Assembly: GCA_965203295.1 (NCBI GenBank)
Contig: CBDBCZ010000012.1
Coordinates: 128,001 to 192,000, forward strand
Direction: 5' to 3'
DNA from: Nitrospirales bacterium
GTDB taxonomy: Bacteria; Nitrospirota; Nitrospiria; Nitrospirales; UBA8639
DNA length: 64,000 bases
The notes beneath the pieces are model-generated. The model ran no database searches and was not told where the DNA came from. It saw only the letters and a program-made list of their open reading frames with translations. Position numbers and translations under genes: made by a program. Below, piece by piece: positions 50,765 to 64,000 of the stretch (the first letter of the stretch is position 1; each line of letters starts with the position of its first letter).

Positions 50765-53700
50765 AGAAATCAGGATACTTAAAAAAAAAATTTCGACGGA
50801 AAAATTAAAATGCTCTCAAACATTTGTGGGCACCGCGTAGTTACCGTTGACACCTCTGCCTTGTGCGTGCGAAGTTCAAAAACCGAAATATTGAAAAAAT
50901 GTTTCGACAGGAAAATAAAAACTCGCAAATTGTTTTGGGAACCGCGTAGTTGCCGCTGATACCTCTGCCTTGACCGTTCCATTTTCTGAAATCGGAATAT
51001 TAAAGAAAACATTTAGGACGTAAAAATAAAAATGCTCGCAAACTATTCTGGCGACGGCATAGTTGCCATTGACACCTCTGCCTTGCCCGTGCAAATTTCA
51101 GAAATTGAGATATTGAAGAAAAAATGTTTCGACAGTAAAATAAAAATACTCGCAAACTGTTTTGGGCACCTAGTTGCCGTTGACTCCTCTGCCTTTCCCT
51201 TGTGACTCAGAAATCGAGTTAAAGTAGAAAAAAGTTTTCGACAGAAAAATAAATGCTCGCAAAAATTTCTGGGTACAGCGTAGTTATCGTTGACACATTC
51301 TCAGAAATTGGGATATTAAAGTAAAAATTTAGGACGAAAAAATAAAAATGCTGGAAAACGGTTCTGACAACGGAAAAGTTGACATTGACACCTCTGCTTT
51401 ACCCGTGCGACATTCAGAAATCAAAATGTTGAAGAAAAATTTTTCGACAAAAAAATAAAAATACCCGCAAACTGTTCCGGCAACGTCTTAGTTGCCATTG
51501 ACACATCTGCCTTGTCCGTGCGACATTCAGAAACAGAGATATTGAAGAAATGTTTCGACAGGAAAATCAAAATACTCGCAAATTGTTTTGGGCACCGCGT
51601 AGTTGCTTTTGACACCTCTGCCTTGACTGTTCCATTATCAGAAATCAAAATATTGAAGAAAAAATTTAGGACCGAAAAATAAAAATGCTCAAAAACAGTT
51701 CTGGAGACGGCGTAGTGGCCATTGAGAACTCTTCCTTGCCCATGCGAATTTCAGAAATCGAGATATTGAAGAAAAAATGTTTCGAGAGGAAAATAAAAAA
51801 GCTCGCAAACTGTTCTGGGTAAAGCGTAGGTACCGTTGACAACTGCTTGCCCAAATCATTTTCTGAAATCGGGATATTGAAGAAAAAAATTGATAACAGA
51901 AAAATATAAAAATTCGCAAACTGTTCTTGGCATCGCGTAGTCACAGTTGACCACTCTGCCTTGCCCAACCCATTTACTGAAATCGTAATATTAAAGAAAA
52001 AATTTTGGAAGGAAAAATAAAAATGCTGGCAAACTGTTCTGACCACGGCAAAGTTGACATTGACACCTCTGCCTTGCCCGTGCGACATTCAGAAATCGAG
52101 ATGTTGAAGAAAACTTTTTTCGACAAAAAAATAAAAATGCTCGCAAACTGATCCGGCAACGGCGAAGTTGCCATTGACATCTCTGCCTTGTCCGTGCGAC
52201 ATTCAGAAATCGAGATGTTGAAGAAAACTTTTTTCGACAAAAAAATAAAAATGCTCGCAAACTGATCCGGCAACGGCGAAGTTGCCATTGACATCTCTGC
52301 CTTGTCCGTGCGACATTCAGTAACCGGGATATTGAAGAAAAAATGTTTCGACTGGAGAATAAAAATACTCGCAAATAGTTTTGGGTACCGCGTAGTTGCC
52401 TTTGACACATCTGCCTTGACTTTTCCATTTTCAGAAATCAGAATATTGATAAAATTTAGGACCGAAAAATAAAAATGCTCGTAAACTGTTCTGGAGACGG
52501 CGTAGTGGCCACTGAAAACTCTGCCTTGCCCATGCGAATTTCAGAAATCGAGATATTGAAGAAAAAATGTTTCGACAGGAAAATAAAAAGGCTCGCAAAC
52601 TGTTCTGGGTAAAGCATAGTTACCGTTTACAGCTCTGCTTGCCCAATCCATTTTCTGAAATCAGGATATTAACGAAGAAAATTGATGACAGAAAAATAAA
52701 AATATTCACAAATTGTTCTGGGCACCGCGTAGTTACCGTTGACAACTCTATCTTGCCCAAACAATTTTCTGAAATCGTGTTATTGAAGAAAAAAATTGAT
52801 CACAGGAAAATAAAAATACTCGCAAACTGTTCTGGACACCGCTTAGTTGCCGTTAACACCTCTACCTTGCCCGTTCCATTTTCAGAATTCGGAATATTAA
52901 AGAAAAAATTTAGGACGGAAAAATAAAAAAGCTGGCAAACTGTTCTGACGAAGGCGAAGTTGCCATTGACACCTCTGCTTTGCCCGTGCGACAATCAGAA
53001 ATCGAAATGTTGAAGAAAAAATTTTCAAAAAGAAATAAAAATACTCGTAACCTGTTGTAGGAACAGCGTTGTTATCCGTTGACCCCTCTACCTTGCCCGT
53101 TGACAGATAGAAGAAAAAAATTTTTGAGAAAAAAATTAAAATGCTCGCAAACTGTTCTGGGCACCGCGTAGTTTCCGTTGAAAACTGTGCCTTGCCAGTA
53201 CGACAGTTTGAAGAAAAAATTTTTCGAGAGAAAAATTAAAATGCTCTTAAACTGTTTTTGGGACCGCGTAGCTGCTGTTGATACTTCTGCTTTACTCTCG
53301 CGACATTCAGAAATTGAGATATTAAAAAAAAAATGTTTCGAAAAAAAATATAAATGCTCGCACACTATTCTGGGCACTGCGCAGATGCCGTTTACTTCTC
53401 TGCCTTGCCCGTTCGATAGATAGAAGAAAGAAATTTTCGAGATTAAAATTAAAATACTCGCAAACTGTTCTGGGCACTGCGAATATACCGTTAACTCCTC
53501 TACCTAGCCCGTGCAATAGATTGAAGAAAACATTTTCGAAAGAAAAATTAAAATGCTCGAAAACTGTTCTGGGCACCCGCGTAGATGCCGTTGGCATCTC
53601 TTACTTGCCCGTGCGACAGATTGAAAAAAAGCGTTTTCGAGTGAAAAATTAAAATGCTCGTAAAACTGTTCTGGGCACCGCGTTGTCGCCGTTGACACTT

Positions 53701-56700
53701 CTGCTTTGCCCGTGTAATGTACAGAACTTGAGATATTGAAGAAAAAATTTCGGCAGAAATTAAAATGCGCGAAAGCTTTTCTGGGCACTACGTAGTTACC
53801 GTTGATGGCTCGCAAAACGTTAAAGAAAATTTTTTTTAGAAAAAATTTAAATTCTCACAAACAGTTCTGGGCACCGCGTAGTTGCCGTGGACACCACTAC
53901 CTTGCCAGTGCGATAGGTTACAGAAAACATTTTCGTGAAAAAAATTAAAATGCTTTCCAACGTTTGTGGACACCGCATACATGCCGTTGACACCACTATC
54001 TGCCTTGCCCGTACGACATTCAGTAATTTAGATGTTGAAGAAAAAAATTTGGGCAGCAAATTAAAATGCGCGAAAACTGTTCTGGGCATTACGTAGTTGC
54101 CGTTGACTGGCTCGTCAAACTTTGAAGAAAAATTTTTTTAGAAAATATTAAAATGCTCTCAAACAGTTCTAGGCACCGCGCAGTTGCCGTGGACACCACT
54201 ACCTTGCCAGTACGACAGATTGCAGAAAACATTTTCAAATTAAAATGCTCTCAAACGTTTGTGGGCACCGCGTAGTTGCCGTTGACACCATTCTTTGCCT
54301 TGCCCGTGCGACATTCAGAAATTTAGATATTGAAGAAAAAAATTTTTGCCAAAAAAATAAAAATGCACGCAAACTTTTCTGGGCTCTGCGTAGATGCCGT
54401 TGACTCATCTGCCTTGTCCGTGCGATAGATTGAAGAAAACATTTTTTGAGAGAATTTTAAAAGCTCGCAAACTGTTCTGGGCACCGCGTAGTTGCTGTTT
54501 ATACTTCTGTCTGGCCCATGCGACAGATTGAAAATATAATTTTCAAAAGAAAAATTAAAATGCTCGCAAACGATTCTGGGCACCGCGTAGTTTCCGTTGT
54601 CACTTCTGCCTTGCCCGTGCGACATTCAAAAAACGAGATATTAAAGAAAAATATTTCTATAGAAAAAATGCTCGTAAACTGTTCTATGCACTCAGTAGTT
54701 GCCGTGATTCCTTTGCCTTGCCAGTGCCACAGATTGAAGAAAAAAGTTTCGAGAGAAAAATAAAAAAACTCGCAAACTGTTCTGGGCACCTCGAAGTTGC
54801 CGTTGATACCTCTTCCTGACCGATGTGACAGATTGAATAAAAACATTTTCGAGAGAAAAACTAAAATGCTCTCAAACAATTCTGGGCACCGCGTCCTCGC
54901 CGTTGTCACATCTGCTTGGCCCGTGCGACATTCAGAAAACGAGATATTAAAGAAAAATTATTTCGTTAGAAAAAAAATGCTCGTAAACTGTTCTGGGCAC
55001 TGCGTAGCTACCGTGACTGCCTTGCCCGTGCGACTGATTAAATAAAACATTTTCGAGAGAAAAATAAAAAACTTGCAAACTGTTCTTGGCTCCGCGTAGT
55101 TGCCGTTGACACCTCTGCTTAGCCAGTGTGACATTCATAAATAGAGATATTGAAAAAAAAATTTTCGGCAGAAGTTGAAATTGCTTGCAAACTGTTCTGG
55201 GCACTACGTAGTTGTATTGACACCCCTGCTTAGTCAGTGTGACATTCATAAATAGAGATATTGAAAAAATTTTTTTGGCAGAAGTTAAAATTGCTTGCAA
55301 ACTGTTCTGGGCACTGCGTAGTTGCCGTTGACACCTCTGCTTAGCCAGTGTGACATTCATAAATAGAGATATTGAAAAAAAAATTTTTTGGCAGAAGTTA
55401 AAATGGATTGCAAACTGTTCTGGGCACTGAGTAGTTGCCGTTGACTCCTCTGTATGGCCCGTACGACAGATTGAAGAAAAAATTATTAGACAAAAAAATT
55501 AAAATGTTCGCAAACTGTTCTGGGCACCGCGTGGTTACTGTTGAATCCTCTTTTTTGACCATGTGACATTCAGATATTAAGATATTGAAAAAAACATTTT
55601 ATGACAGAAAAATAAAATGCACGCAAACTGTTCTGGGCACCGCGTAGTTGCCGTTGACTCATCTGTCTTGCCAGTGCGACATGTTGAAGAAAAAATATTT
55701 CGACAGAAATTAATGTTCTTGATAACTGCTCTGAGAACAGCGTAGTGCCTGTTGACACCTCTGCCTTTTTCGCAAACTGTTCTGGGCTCCGCGTAGTTTC
55801 CGTTGACACCTCTGCCTAGGCCGTTCAATTTTCATAAATCGGGATATTGAAGAAAAAATTTAGGTCGGAAAAATAAAAATGTTCGCTAACTGTTCTGGCG
55901 ACTGCGTAGTTGCCATTAACACAACTGCCTTGCCCGTGCAACATTCAGAAATCGAGATACTGAAGAAAAGTTTCAACGAAAAATAAAAATACTCGTAAAT
56001 TGTTTTAGCCACCGTTTAGTTGCCGTTGACACCTCTGCCTTGCCCTTGCGACATTCAGTAATCGATATATGAAGAAAAAAATTTCGACAGGATTAAAAAT
56101 GCTCGTAAACTTCTGGATACAGCGCTGTTGCCGCTGACACTGCCTTTCCCATGCCATTTTCTGAAATCGAAATATTGAAGAAAAAATTATTGACGGAAAA
56201 ATAAAAATACTGGCACACATTTCTGGGCACTGCGTAGCTGCCATTAACACCTTTACCTTGTCCGTGCGACATTCAGAAAATGAGATATTAAAGAAACAAA
56301 ATTTCAACTGAAAAATAAAAATGCTCGCAAACTGTTCTTGGAACTGGGTGGTTGCCGTTGAACCCTCTGCCTTGCCCTTTGACAGTTGAAGAAATAAATT
56401 TTCGAGTGAAAAATTCAAAATGCTCGCAAACTATTCTGGGCACCGCGTAGTTGCCACTGACACCTCTCCTGGCCATTACGACAGATTGAAGAAAAAAATT
56501 TCGAGAGAAAAATATAAATGCTCGAAAACTGTTCTGGGCACCGCGTAGTGGCTGATGACACCTCTCCTGGCCAGTACGATAGATTGAAGAAAAAATTTTT
56601 GAGAGAAAAATTAAAATACTCGCAAACTGTTCTGGGCTCCGCGTAGATGCCGTTGACACCTCTGCCTTGCCAGTACGACAGTTGAAGAAAAATTTTTTGA

Positions 56701-59700
56701 GAGAAAATTAAAATGCTCTTAAACTTTTCTGGGCACCGCGTAGTAGCCGTTGACAATTCTGCTTTGCTCGTGCGACATTCATAAATTTAGATATTGAGAA
56801 AAAAATTTTCTACAGGAAAATAAAATTGCTCGCACTCTTCTGGGCACTGCGTAGATGCCGATTACTCCTCTGCCGTCCCCGTTCGATAGATTGAAGAAAA
56901 GAGTTTTTCGGAAACTCTTCTGGACACTACGAAGCTGCCGTTGACTCCACTGCCTAGCCCTTGCAGTAGATTGAAGAAAAAATTTCTCGAGAGAAAACTT
57001 GTAATGTTCGCAAACTGTCCTGAGCACCGCGTAGTTGCCGTTGACACAACTGCCTAGCCCGTGCGACAGATTGAAGAAAAAATTATTCGAGAGAAAAATT
57101 AAAATGCTCGTAAACTGTTCTGGACAAAGCTTAGTGGCCGTTGACACCTCTGCTTTGCCCGTGTAAAGTACAGAAATAAAGATACTGAAGAAAATTTTCG
57201 GAAAGAAATCAAAATGCTCGCAAACTGTACTACGTAGTTGCCATTTACTGGCCCACTAAACATTGAAAAAAACATTTTTCTAGAAAAAAATTAAAATGTT
57301 CGCAAACTGTTCTGAGCACCGCATAGAGTTCGTTGACACCTGTGCCTGGCACGTGACAGATTGAAGAAAAAATTTAGGAGAGAAAAATTAAAATGCTCGC
57401 AAAAAGTTCTGTGCTCCGCGTAGTTGCCGTTGTCACCTCAGCCTTACCGGTGCGACGTTCAGAATTCGAAATATTAAAGAAAAAAAATTTTGATAGAAAA
57501 AAATGCTCGTAAACTGTTCTGGGCACTGCGTTGTTGCCGTGACTCTCCTGCCTTACCCAGTTTCAGATTGAAGAAAAAAGTTTTCGAGAGAAAAATAAAA
57601 ATGCTTGCAAACTGTTTTGGGCTCAGCCTAGTTGCCGTTGTCAACTGTGCCTTGCTCTTGCGACATTCAGAAATTGAGATATTGAAGAAAAATTTTTCGA
57701 CAGAAAAAAATAAAAATGCTGGCAAGCTTTTCTGGGCACTGCGTAGTAGCCGTTGACTCCTCTGCCTTGCCCGTGCGAAATTTTGAAGAAAAAATTATTT
57801 GTGAGAAAAATTAAGAATCGCGAACTGTTAAGGATACTGCGTAGTTGCCATTGATTACTCTCCTTTGACCGCGCGACTTTCAGAAATAGAGATATTGAAG
57901 AAAAATAAAAATACTCGCAAACTGTTCTGGCCTCCGCGTAGTTGCCGTTGACATCACTCCTTTGCACGTGTGACATTCAGAAATTGAAATATTGAAGAAA
58001 AATTAAAATACTCGCAAACTGTTCTGGGCACGGCGTAGTTACCGTTGACAACCCTGCCCTGCCCAAACCATCTTCTGAAATCGTGATATTGAAGAAAAAA
58101 TTGATGACAGAGAAATAAAAATACTCACATACTGTTCTGGGCACCGCGTAGTTTCCGTTGACATCTCACCTGCCCGTGTGACTTTCAGAAATCGAGATAT
58201 TGAAGAAAATATTTTTCGACAGAAAAATTAAAATGTACGCAAACTGTTTAGGGCACCACGTAGTTGCCGTTCAACTCTCTTCTTTGCCCGTGTGATATTC
58301 AGAAATTGAGATAGTGAAGAAAATATTTTCGACGGAAAAATAAAAATGCACGCAAACTGTTCAGGGCACCGCGTAGATGCCGTTGACACCTCTGGTTTGC
58401 CAATACAATAGTTTGAAGAAAAAATTTTCGAGAGAAAAATTAAAATTCACGCAAACTGTTCTGAACACAGCGTAGTTGCCGTTGACACCACTGCCTTGTC
58501 AGTGCGACATTCAGATATAGAGATATTGAAGAAAAATGTTTTGACAGAAAAATAAAAATTCTCGCAAACTGTTCTGGGCACTGCGTAGTTTCCGTTGACT
58601 CCTCTGCCTTGCCCGTGCAAAACATTGAAGAAATAAATTTCGAGAGAATAGTTAAAATGCTCGCAAACAATTCTGGGCACTGCGTAGTTTCCGTTGACTC
58701 CTCTGCCTTGCCCGTGCGAAAGATTTGAAGAAAAAAATTTCTAGGGAAAAATTAAAATGCTCGCAAACAGTTCTGAGTACCGCGTAGTTGCCGTTGATTC
58801 CTCTGCCTTGCTTGTGCGACAGTTTGAAGAAAAAAATTTCGAGAGTAAAATTTAAATGCTCGCAAACTGTTCTGGGCATTGCGTAGTTTTGCCGTTGACT
58901 CCTCTGCCTTGTCCATACGACAGATTAAAAAAAAATATTTCTAGAGAAAATTTAAAATGCTCACAGACTGTTCTGGGCACCGCGTAGTTGCCGTTGACAC
59001 CGCTCCCTTGTCCGTACTATACATTGAAGAAAATATTTCGAGAGAAAAATTAAAATGCTAGCAAACTGTTCTGGGAACAGCGTAGTTTCCGGTGACACCT
59101 CAGCCTTTTCCTTTTGTGACATTTCAGAATTTGACATATTGAAGAAAACATTTTTTCGACAGAAGTATAAAAATATTTGTAAACTGTTCTGGGCACTTCG
59201 TAGATGACGTTGACTCCACTGCCTTGCCCGTGCGACAGATTGAAGAAAAACAATTTTGAGAGAAAAAAAAAATGCTCGTAAACTGTTAAGGGTACCGTGT
59301 AGTTGCCGTTGACACCTCTACCTTGCCCGTGCGAGATTGAAAAAATTTTTCAATAGAAAAATTAAAATTCTAAAACTCTTTGGGCACCGCGAATTTGCCG
59401 TTGACAGCTGCTTTGCGCGTGCGACATTCAGAAATCGAGATATTGAAAAAAAAATTCGGCAGGTAAAAAAAATGGCCGCAAAATTTTCAGGACCCCGCGT
59501 AGTTGGCATTGACACCTTTGTCTTGCCCGTACGACATTCACAAATCGAGATATTGAAGAAAAAATTTTCTTACAGAAAAATAAAAATGCTCGCAAACTGT
59601 TCCGGGCCCTGCGTAGTAACGGTCGACTCCTCTGCCTTGACCGTGCGACAGATTGAAGAAAAAATATTTCGCTAAAAAATTTGACACCTCTGCCTTGTAC

Positions 59701-59815
59701 ATGGAATATTCAGAAATGAAGAAAAAATATCTAGAAAAATTATAATGCTCGTAAACTGTTCTGGGCACCGCTTAGTAGTCGTTGACACTGCCTCACCCGT
59801 TCTACATTCAGAAAT
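50765..59815 (+). repeat. Satellite C: central ~9-kb array of ~100-bp and ~113-bp A-tract-rich monomers
   Basis: Core AAAATGCTCGCAAACTGTTCTGGGCACCGCGTAGTTGCCGTTGACACCTCTGCCTTGCCCGTGCGACA, followed by TTCAGAAATCGAGATATTGAAGAAAA (long; spacing 114 at 52021/52135/52249) or GATTGAAGAAAA (short; spacing 99-100 at 58655/58755/58854). Confidence 0.97.
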
Positions 59816-60195
59816 CAAATACAAGTACCCCCTAAATATAAGGACCCCTCAAATACAATACCCCTGGCTATACTCATCCAACATGAGTATTCCATGGATA
59901 TAAGGACCCATCAGATACAAGTACCCCCTGATTATAAGGACCCATCGAACACAAGCACTCCATGAATATAAGGACCCATCAAATACATGTACCCCCTAAA
60001 CTTAAAGACCCATCGAACACAAGAACTCCATTAATATGAGTACCCATTAAATACATGCATTCCATGAATATAAGGATTCTTCGAATACAAGTACCCTGAA
60101 TATAAAAGCCCATCGAACACAAACACTCCATGAATATAAGTACCCATCAAATACCAGTATCCCTGAATATAAGGACCCCTCAAATACAAGTACCC
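59813..60195 (-). repeat. 33/34-bp tandem array, inverted copy, about 11 units
   Basis: AATATAAGGACCCATC and AAATACAAGTACCCC units are the reverse complement of the 49710-50470 array. Confidence 0.9.
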
Positions 60196-60465
60196 ATGAT
60201 TATAAGTATAATTAACCTGTAAATGTAGGTAACCATGAAATACGAGTTTCCTGTGAATTTATAGTACCCATCAACTACAAGAACCCTATAAATATACCCA
60301 TGAACTCAGTTATTCTAATTCTCGCTTCATGAAGTACCCAATGAATGTGAGTACCCCTCAGACAGCTAAGTAAACAACAGGTTTAATGTTGGTGCTTTTG
60401 TAGTGTCATAAACAGCTCATTCACCAGTCCCTGAACCATTTGCAAGCTTTTGCACTTTACTATTT
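60196..60465 (-). repeat. Module U, inverted right copy
   Basis: AATATACCCATGAACTCAGTTATTCT...TCAGACAGCTAAGTAAAC...CAGTCCCTGAACCATT...CTTTTGCACTTTACTATTT. Confidence 0.9.
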
Positions 60466-63400
60466 CAAAAGTTGATGTACCTATACACTGGTTTATAAAG
60501 GTACACACAAGTAAATGTATATACACCTATACGCGGGTTTACACAAGTACACACAGGTATACAAAGAATATACACGGGTTTACACCAGGTATACACAAGC
60601 ATATATAACAACTCACGAGTGTACACGTGTATAAGGAAGTAAGCTCTGGTATACACAAATATACTTGAGTAAATACAACTATAAAGGTAAAGTATTCCAC
60701 AGTATACACTTCATACATAAGTATATAGAATTATACCACCATTATACACAAGTATGTACAGGTATTAACGGTAAATGCGAGTAAACAAAGGTGTACTCGA
60801 GTTTACACAAATATGTACAAGCACACACAGGTATACACAAAGTACACACACGTATATATACACAAACATATGCATACAGAAATATACGCGGGTATAAATA
60901 CGTATGCAGATGTATACAGTTATACACAAGTATACAGTTATAAAGAGGATATACGCGTATTTAAATGTGAAAGGATAGGCGTAAGCCTCATATTTTGGAC
61001 GCTAGTGTTCCAAATTCATGACACACAGACATCACTGACCTTATGGCCCTTTTTGTGATACCAGCATGCCATGAAAATGGGCCAGCAAGGCCAGCCATGA
61101 GCTATCTCCTCCAGAAAAAAGAGAAGGTTGTATATGTGGCTATAAAGAAGTGTACACCAGTATAAACAATACACAGGAATAAAGATGCATACGGGTTTAA
61201 TCAAGTACACAAGTACACACCCGTATACACAAGTACATACAAGCACAGACAAGTATACGCACAAGTACACATGTATACACAAATATACACATGTATGCAG
61301 AAATACGCATGAATACACACACGGAAGCGTTTGTATACTCAGATACATACTTGTCTACATTTGTATACACGAGTAAACAGGTCTATGCAAGTATATACAC
61401 GTATGCGCATGTATACACAAGGTATGCACAGGTATACACAGGTATAAGAGGTATGCACAGGTATCTACATTACCACTCTTTTACTAACTTACTATTATCC
61501 CTAGATAACTGCTGCAGTCCTGATAGTTTGGACGCTAGTGTTCCCGATTCAAGACATACACACATCACTGAGCGTATACTTTCCTTGTGATGCAAGCAAG
61601 CCATAAAATTGGGCCAGTAAGGCCAGTGATGAGCTAAGCCCTCCTGAATAGAAAAAAGAGAAGGCAGTACACAAAAGTACACACTGGTTTACACAAGCAT
61701 GCACACGTAAAACGACCATAAAAGTATATGTACGGGTATACACAAGTATATACATAAATAGAGGCATATGAATAATTACACAAAGGTATACAAATGGATA
61801 AGCGGGTATAAAACGATGCACACAAGTTTACACAGGTATACAGAAGTATACACAAGTATACTCAACTTTACACGTGTATACACATGTATACACAGGAATA
61901 TAACAGTATACACAAGTGTACACAAGTATACACAGGTTTACACAAGTATACACAGGTATAAAGTGGTATATATGGGTATCAACATTTGTATACACAAGTA
62001 TACGCGGGTATACACACCTATGCACATGTATACACAGGCATACACAAGTATGCATAGGTATGACGAGGTATACACGGGTATCTACATTTGTATACACAAA
62101 TGAACACCGGTATACACACGTATATGTGGGTATACACACGTGTGCACATGTATAAAAAGTTATACACAAGTATACACAGGTATAAAGAAGTATACACAGG
62201 TATCTACACCTGTACACATGAGTAAACACAGGTATACAAAGGCTTACACTGATATAAACTAGTATTACCAGGTTTTCACAAGTTTACACAGGTATATATA
62301 CACAAATATACATAAGTATACACAGTATACATGTGTTTGAATGATTACACACAGGTATACAAATGGATACACGGGTATAAACTAGTATTACCAGGTGCAC
62401 ACAAGTTTACACGGGTATACACAAGTATACACAAGTATACATGACTTTACACGTGTATACACATGTATACACAGGTATATAACAGTATACACAAGTGTAC
62501 ACAAGTATACACGGGTTTACACAAGTATACACAGGTTCACACACATATCCACAGGTATACCAAGCATAGAAATTCACAAAAAGGTATTCAAGGATATCTA
62601 CATTTGCATACACGAGTAAACACAGGCTTACACTGGTATAAACTAGTACTACCTGGCATTCACAAGTTTACACGGGTATGCACAAGTATACACGGGTTTA
62701 CAGAAGTATACAAGTACACACCTGTTTAAACAGTTATACCAAGCATAGAAATTCACAAAAAGGTATTCAAGGACATCACTATTTGCATACACTAGTAAAC
62801 ACAGGTATACACAAGTACGCGCGCGTATACACACGTATGCACTGTATACACAGACACACATAATACTCTAGTATAAAGAGGTATACACGGGTATATACTC
62901 TTGCATTCACATGTAAACACAGATATAAACAAGTCCACATGGGTATACACATGTATGCAGATGTATACACAGGTATACACAAGTATAGACTGTTTTAAAG
63001 AGGTATAAACAGCTATCTACATGTGTATACATGAGTAAACACAAGTATACACAAGGATACATGGTTATTAATACGTATGCACATGTATACAAAGTTATAC
63101 ACAGGTATAAAGAGGTATATCTATTATCTACCTTTGTATACATATGTATACGCAGGTATACAAACGTATTCACACATATATACGTAGTATATATAAGTGT
63201 AAACAAGTATACACGGTTACTACATTTGTAAAGACGAGTAAACACATGTATACACAAGCATAAGCAGGTATATACACGTATGCAAATGTATATACAGATA
63301 TACACAAGTATGCACAGATATATACAGGTATACAATTGTATCTACACTTGTATGCACGAGCATACATGGTCAACTACATTTGTATACACAAGTATTCACG

Positions 63401-64000
63401 GGTATAAACACGTATGCACATGTATATAATGATATACACAAGTATGCACAGATATACAGGTATACAGTAGTATCTACATTTGTATGCACGAGTAAACAGG
63501 AATACACAAGTATCTGAAGATATACACAAGTACGCAAATGTATACACAGGTATTCTTAAGTACACACAGGTATACACTCGTAACTACATTTGTATACCCG
63601 AGTAAACACGGATATACACAAGTACACGTGGGTATACACACATATGCGCATGTATACACACGTTTACACAAGTATACAAAAGGATTAAGAGATATAAAAG
63701 GTAACTATATTTGCATACACGAGTAAACACAGGTATACAAAGGCTTATACGGTATGAACTAGTATTACCAGGTATTCACAAGATTACACGGGTATCCACA
63801 AGTATACACGGGTTTACAGGAGTACACACAAGTACACAAGTTTACACAGGTATACACAAGCATACAAATGCACAAACAGGTATTCACGGATATGTACATT
63901 CGTATACACGAGTAAACACAGGTACACACAAGTACACGCGCGTATACACACGTATGCACATGTATACACACGTATACACAAGCATTAAGAGGTATAATAG
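60466..64000 (-). repeat. Satellite A (right arm), inverted, continuing past the window end
   Basis: Minus-strand ORFs mirror plus-strand ones: 61828-62229 vs 47692-48093; 62407-62613 vs 47308-47514; 62907-63335 vs 41531-41959 and 44406-44834. Confidence 0.97.

Noticed and set aside
50765..59815. Conserved box plus variable part resembling a CRISPR array
   Set aside because: The intervening parts are homologous A-tract sequence rather than unique spacers, the repeats are degenerate, there are no cas genes, and the context is eukaryotic.
33843..64000. Dozens of Cys/Tyr/Val/Thr/His-rich and Phe/Lys-rich ORFs in the track
   Set aside because: They are translations of stop-poor satellites in all frames and on both strands, with no domain structure.
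59813..64000. Right arm as an assembly mirror artefact
   Set aside because: The arms differ by many inner substitutions, array copy number and a ~700-bp block, so a pure artefact is unlikely. Read-level confirmation is still needed.

Overview
Repeat-dominated eukaryotic window. The repeat types and very short introns suggest an invertebrate, probably a demosponge (inference only). I found no intact protein-coding gene, rRNA or CRISPR array. 1-33.8 kb holds: a diverged complex tandem repeat with an orientation switch (1-4.8 kb); a disrupted spliced CDC50/TMEM30 gene on the minus strand (in-frame TAG, donor read as CT, internal loss); unidentified decayed exon-like fragments; a Tigger/pogo relic; a CR1/L2-type LINE split by a BED-finger hAT derivative; several MITEs; a Helentron-type non-autonomous element; hairpin elements resembling non-autonomous Cryptons; a ~60-bp satellite; a foldback element; and a tRNA-Thr-like SINE head. 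33.8-64 kb is one symmetric structure: GTATAC-rich satellite A (12-bp subunits, ~2.87-kb higher-order unit), a unique ~260-bp module, a 33/34-bp array, a ~9-kb core of ~100/113-bp A-tract satellite C, and then the same three flanking blocks in inverted orientation running off the window end. The old left edge of satellite A carries three insertions: a hairpin element, a 1158-bp miniature LTR element with a tRNA-Leu PBS, and a pogo-type derivative keeping the 5' ends of a transposase-like gene and a convergent HIRAN-like gene. Nearly all ORFs in the supplied track after 33.8 kb are satellite artefacts. Identity figures are by eye.
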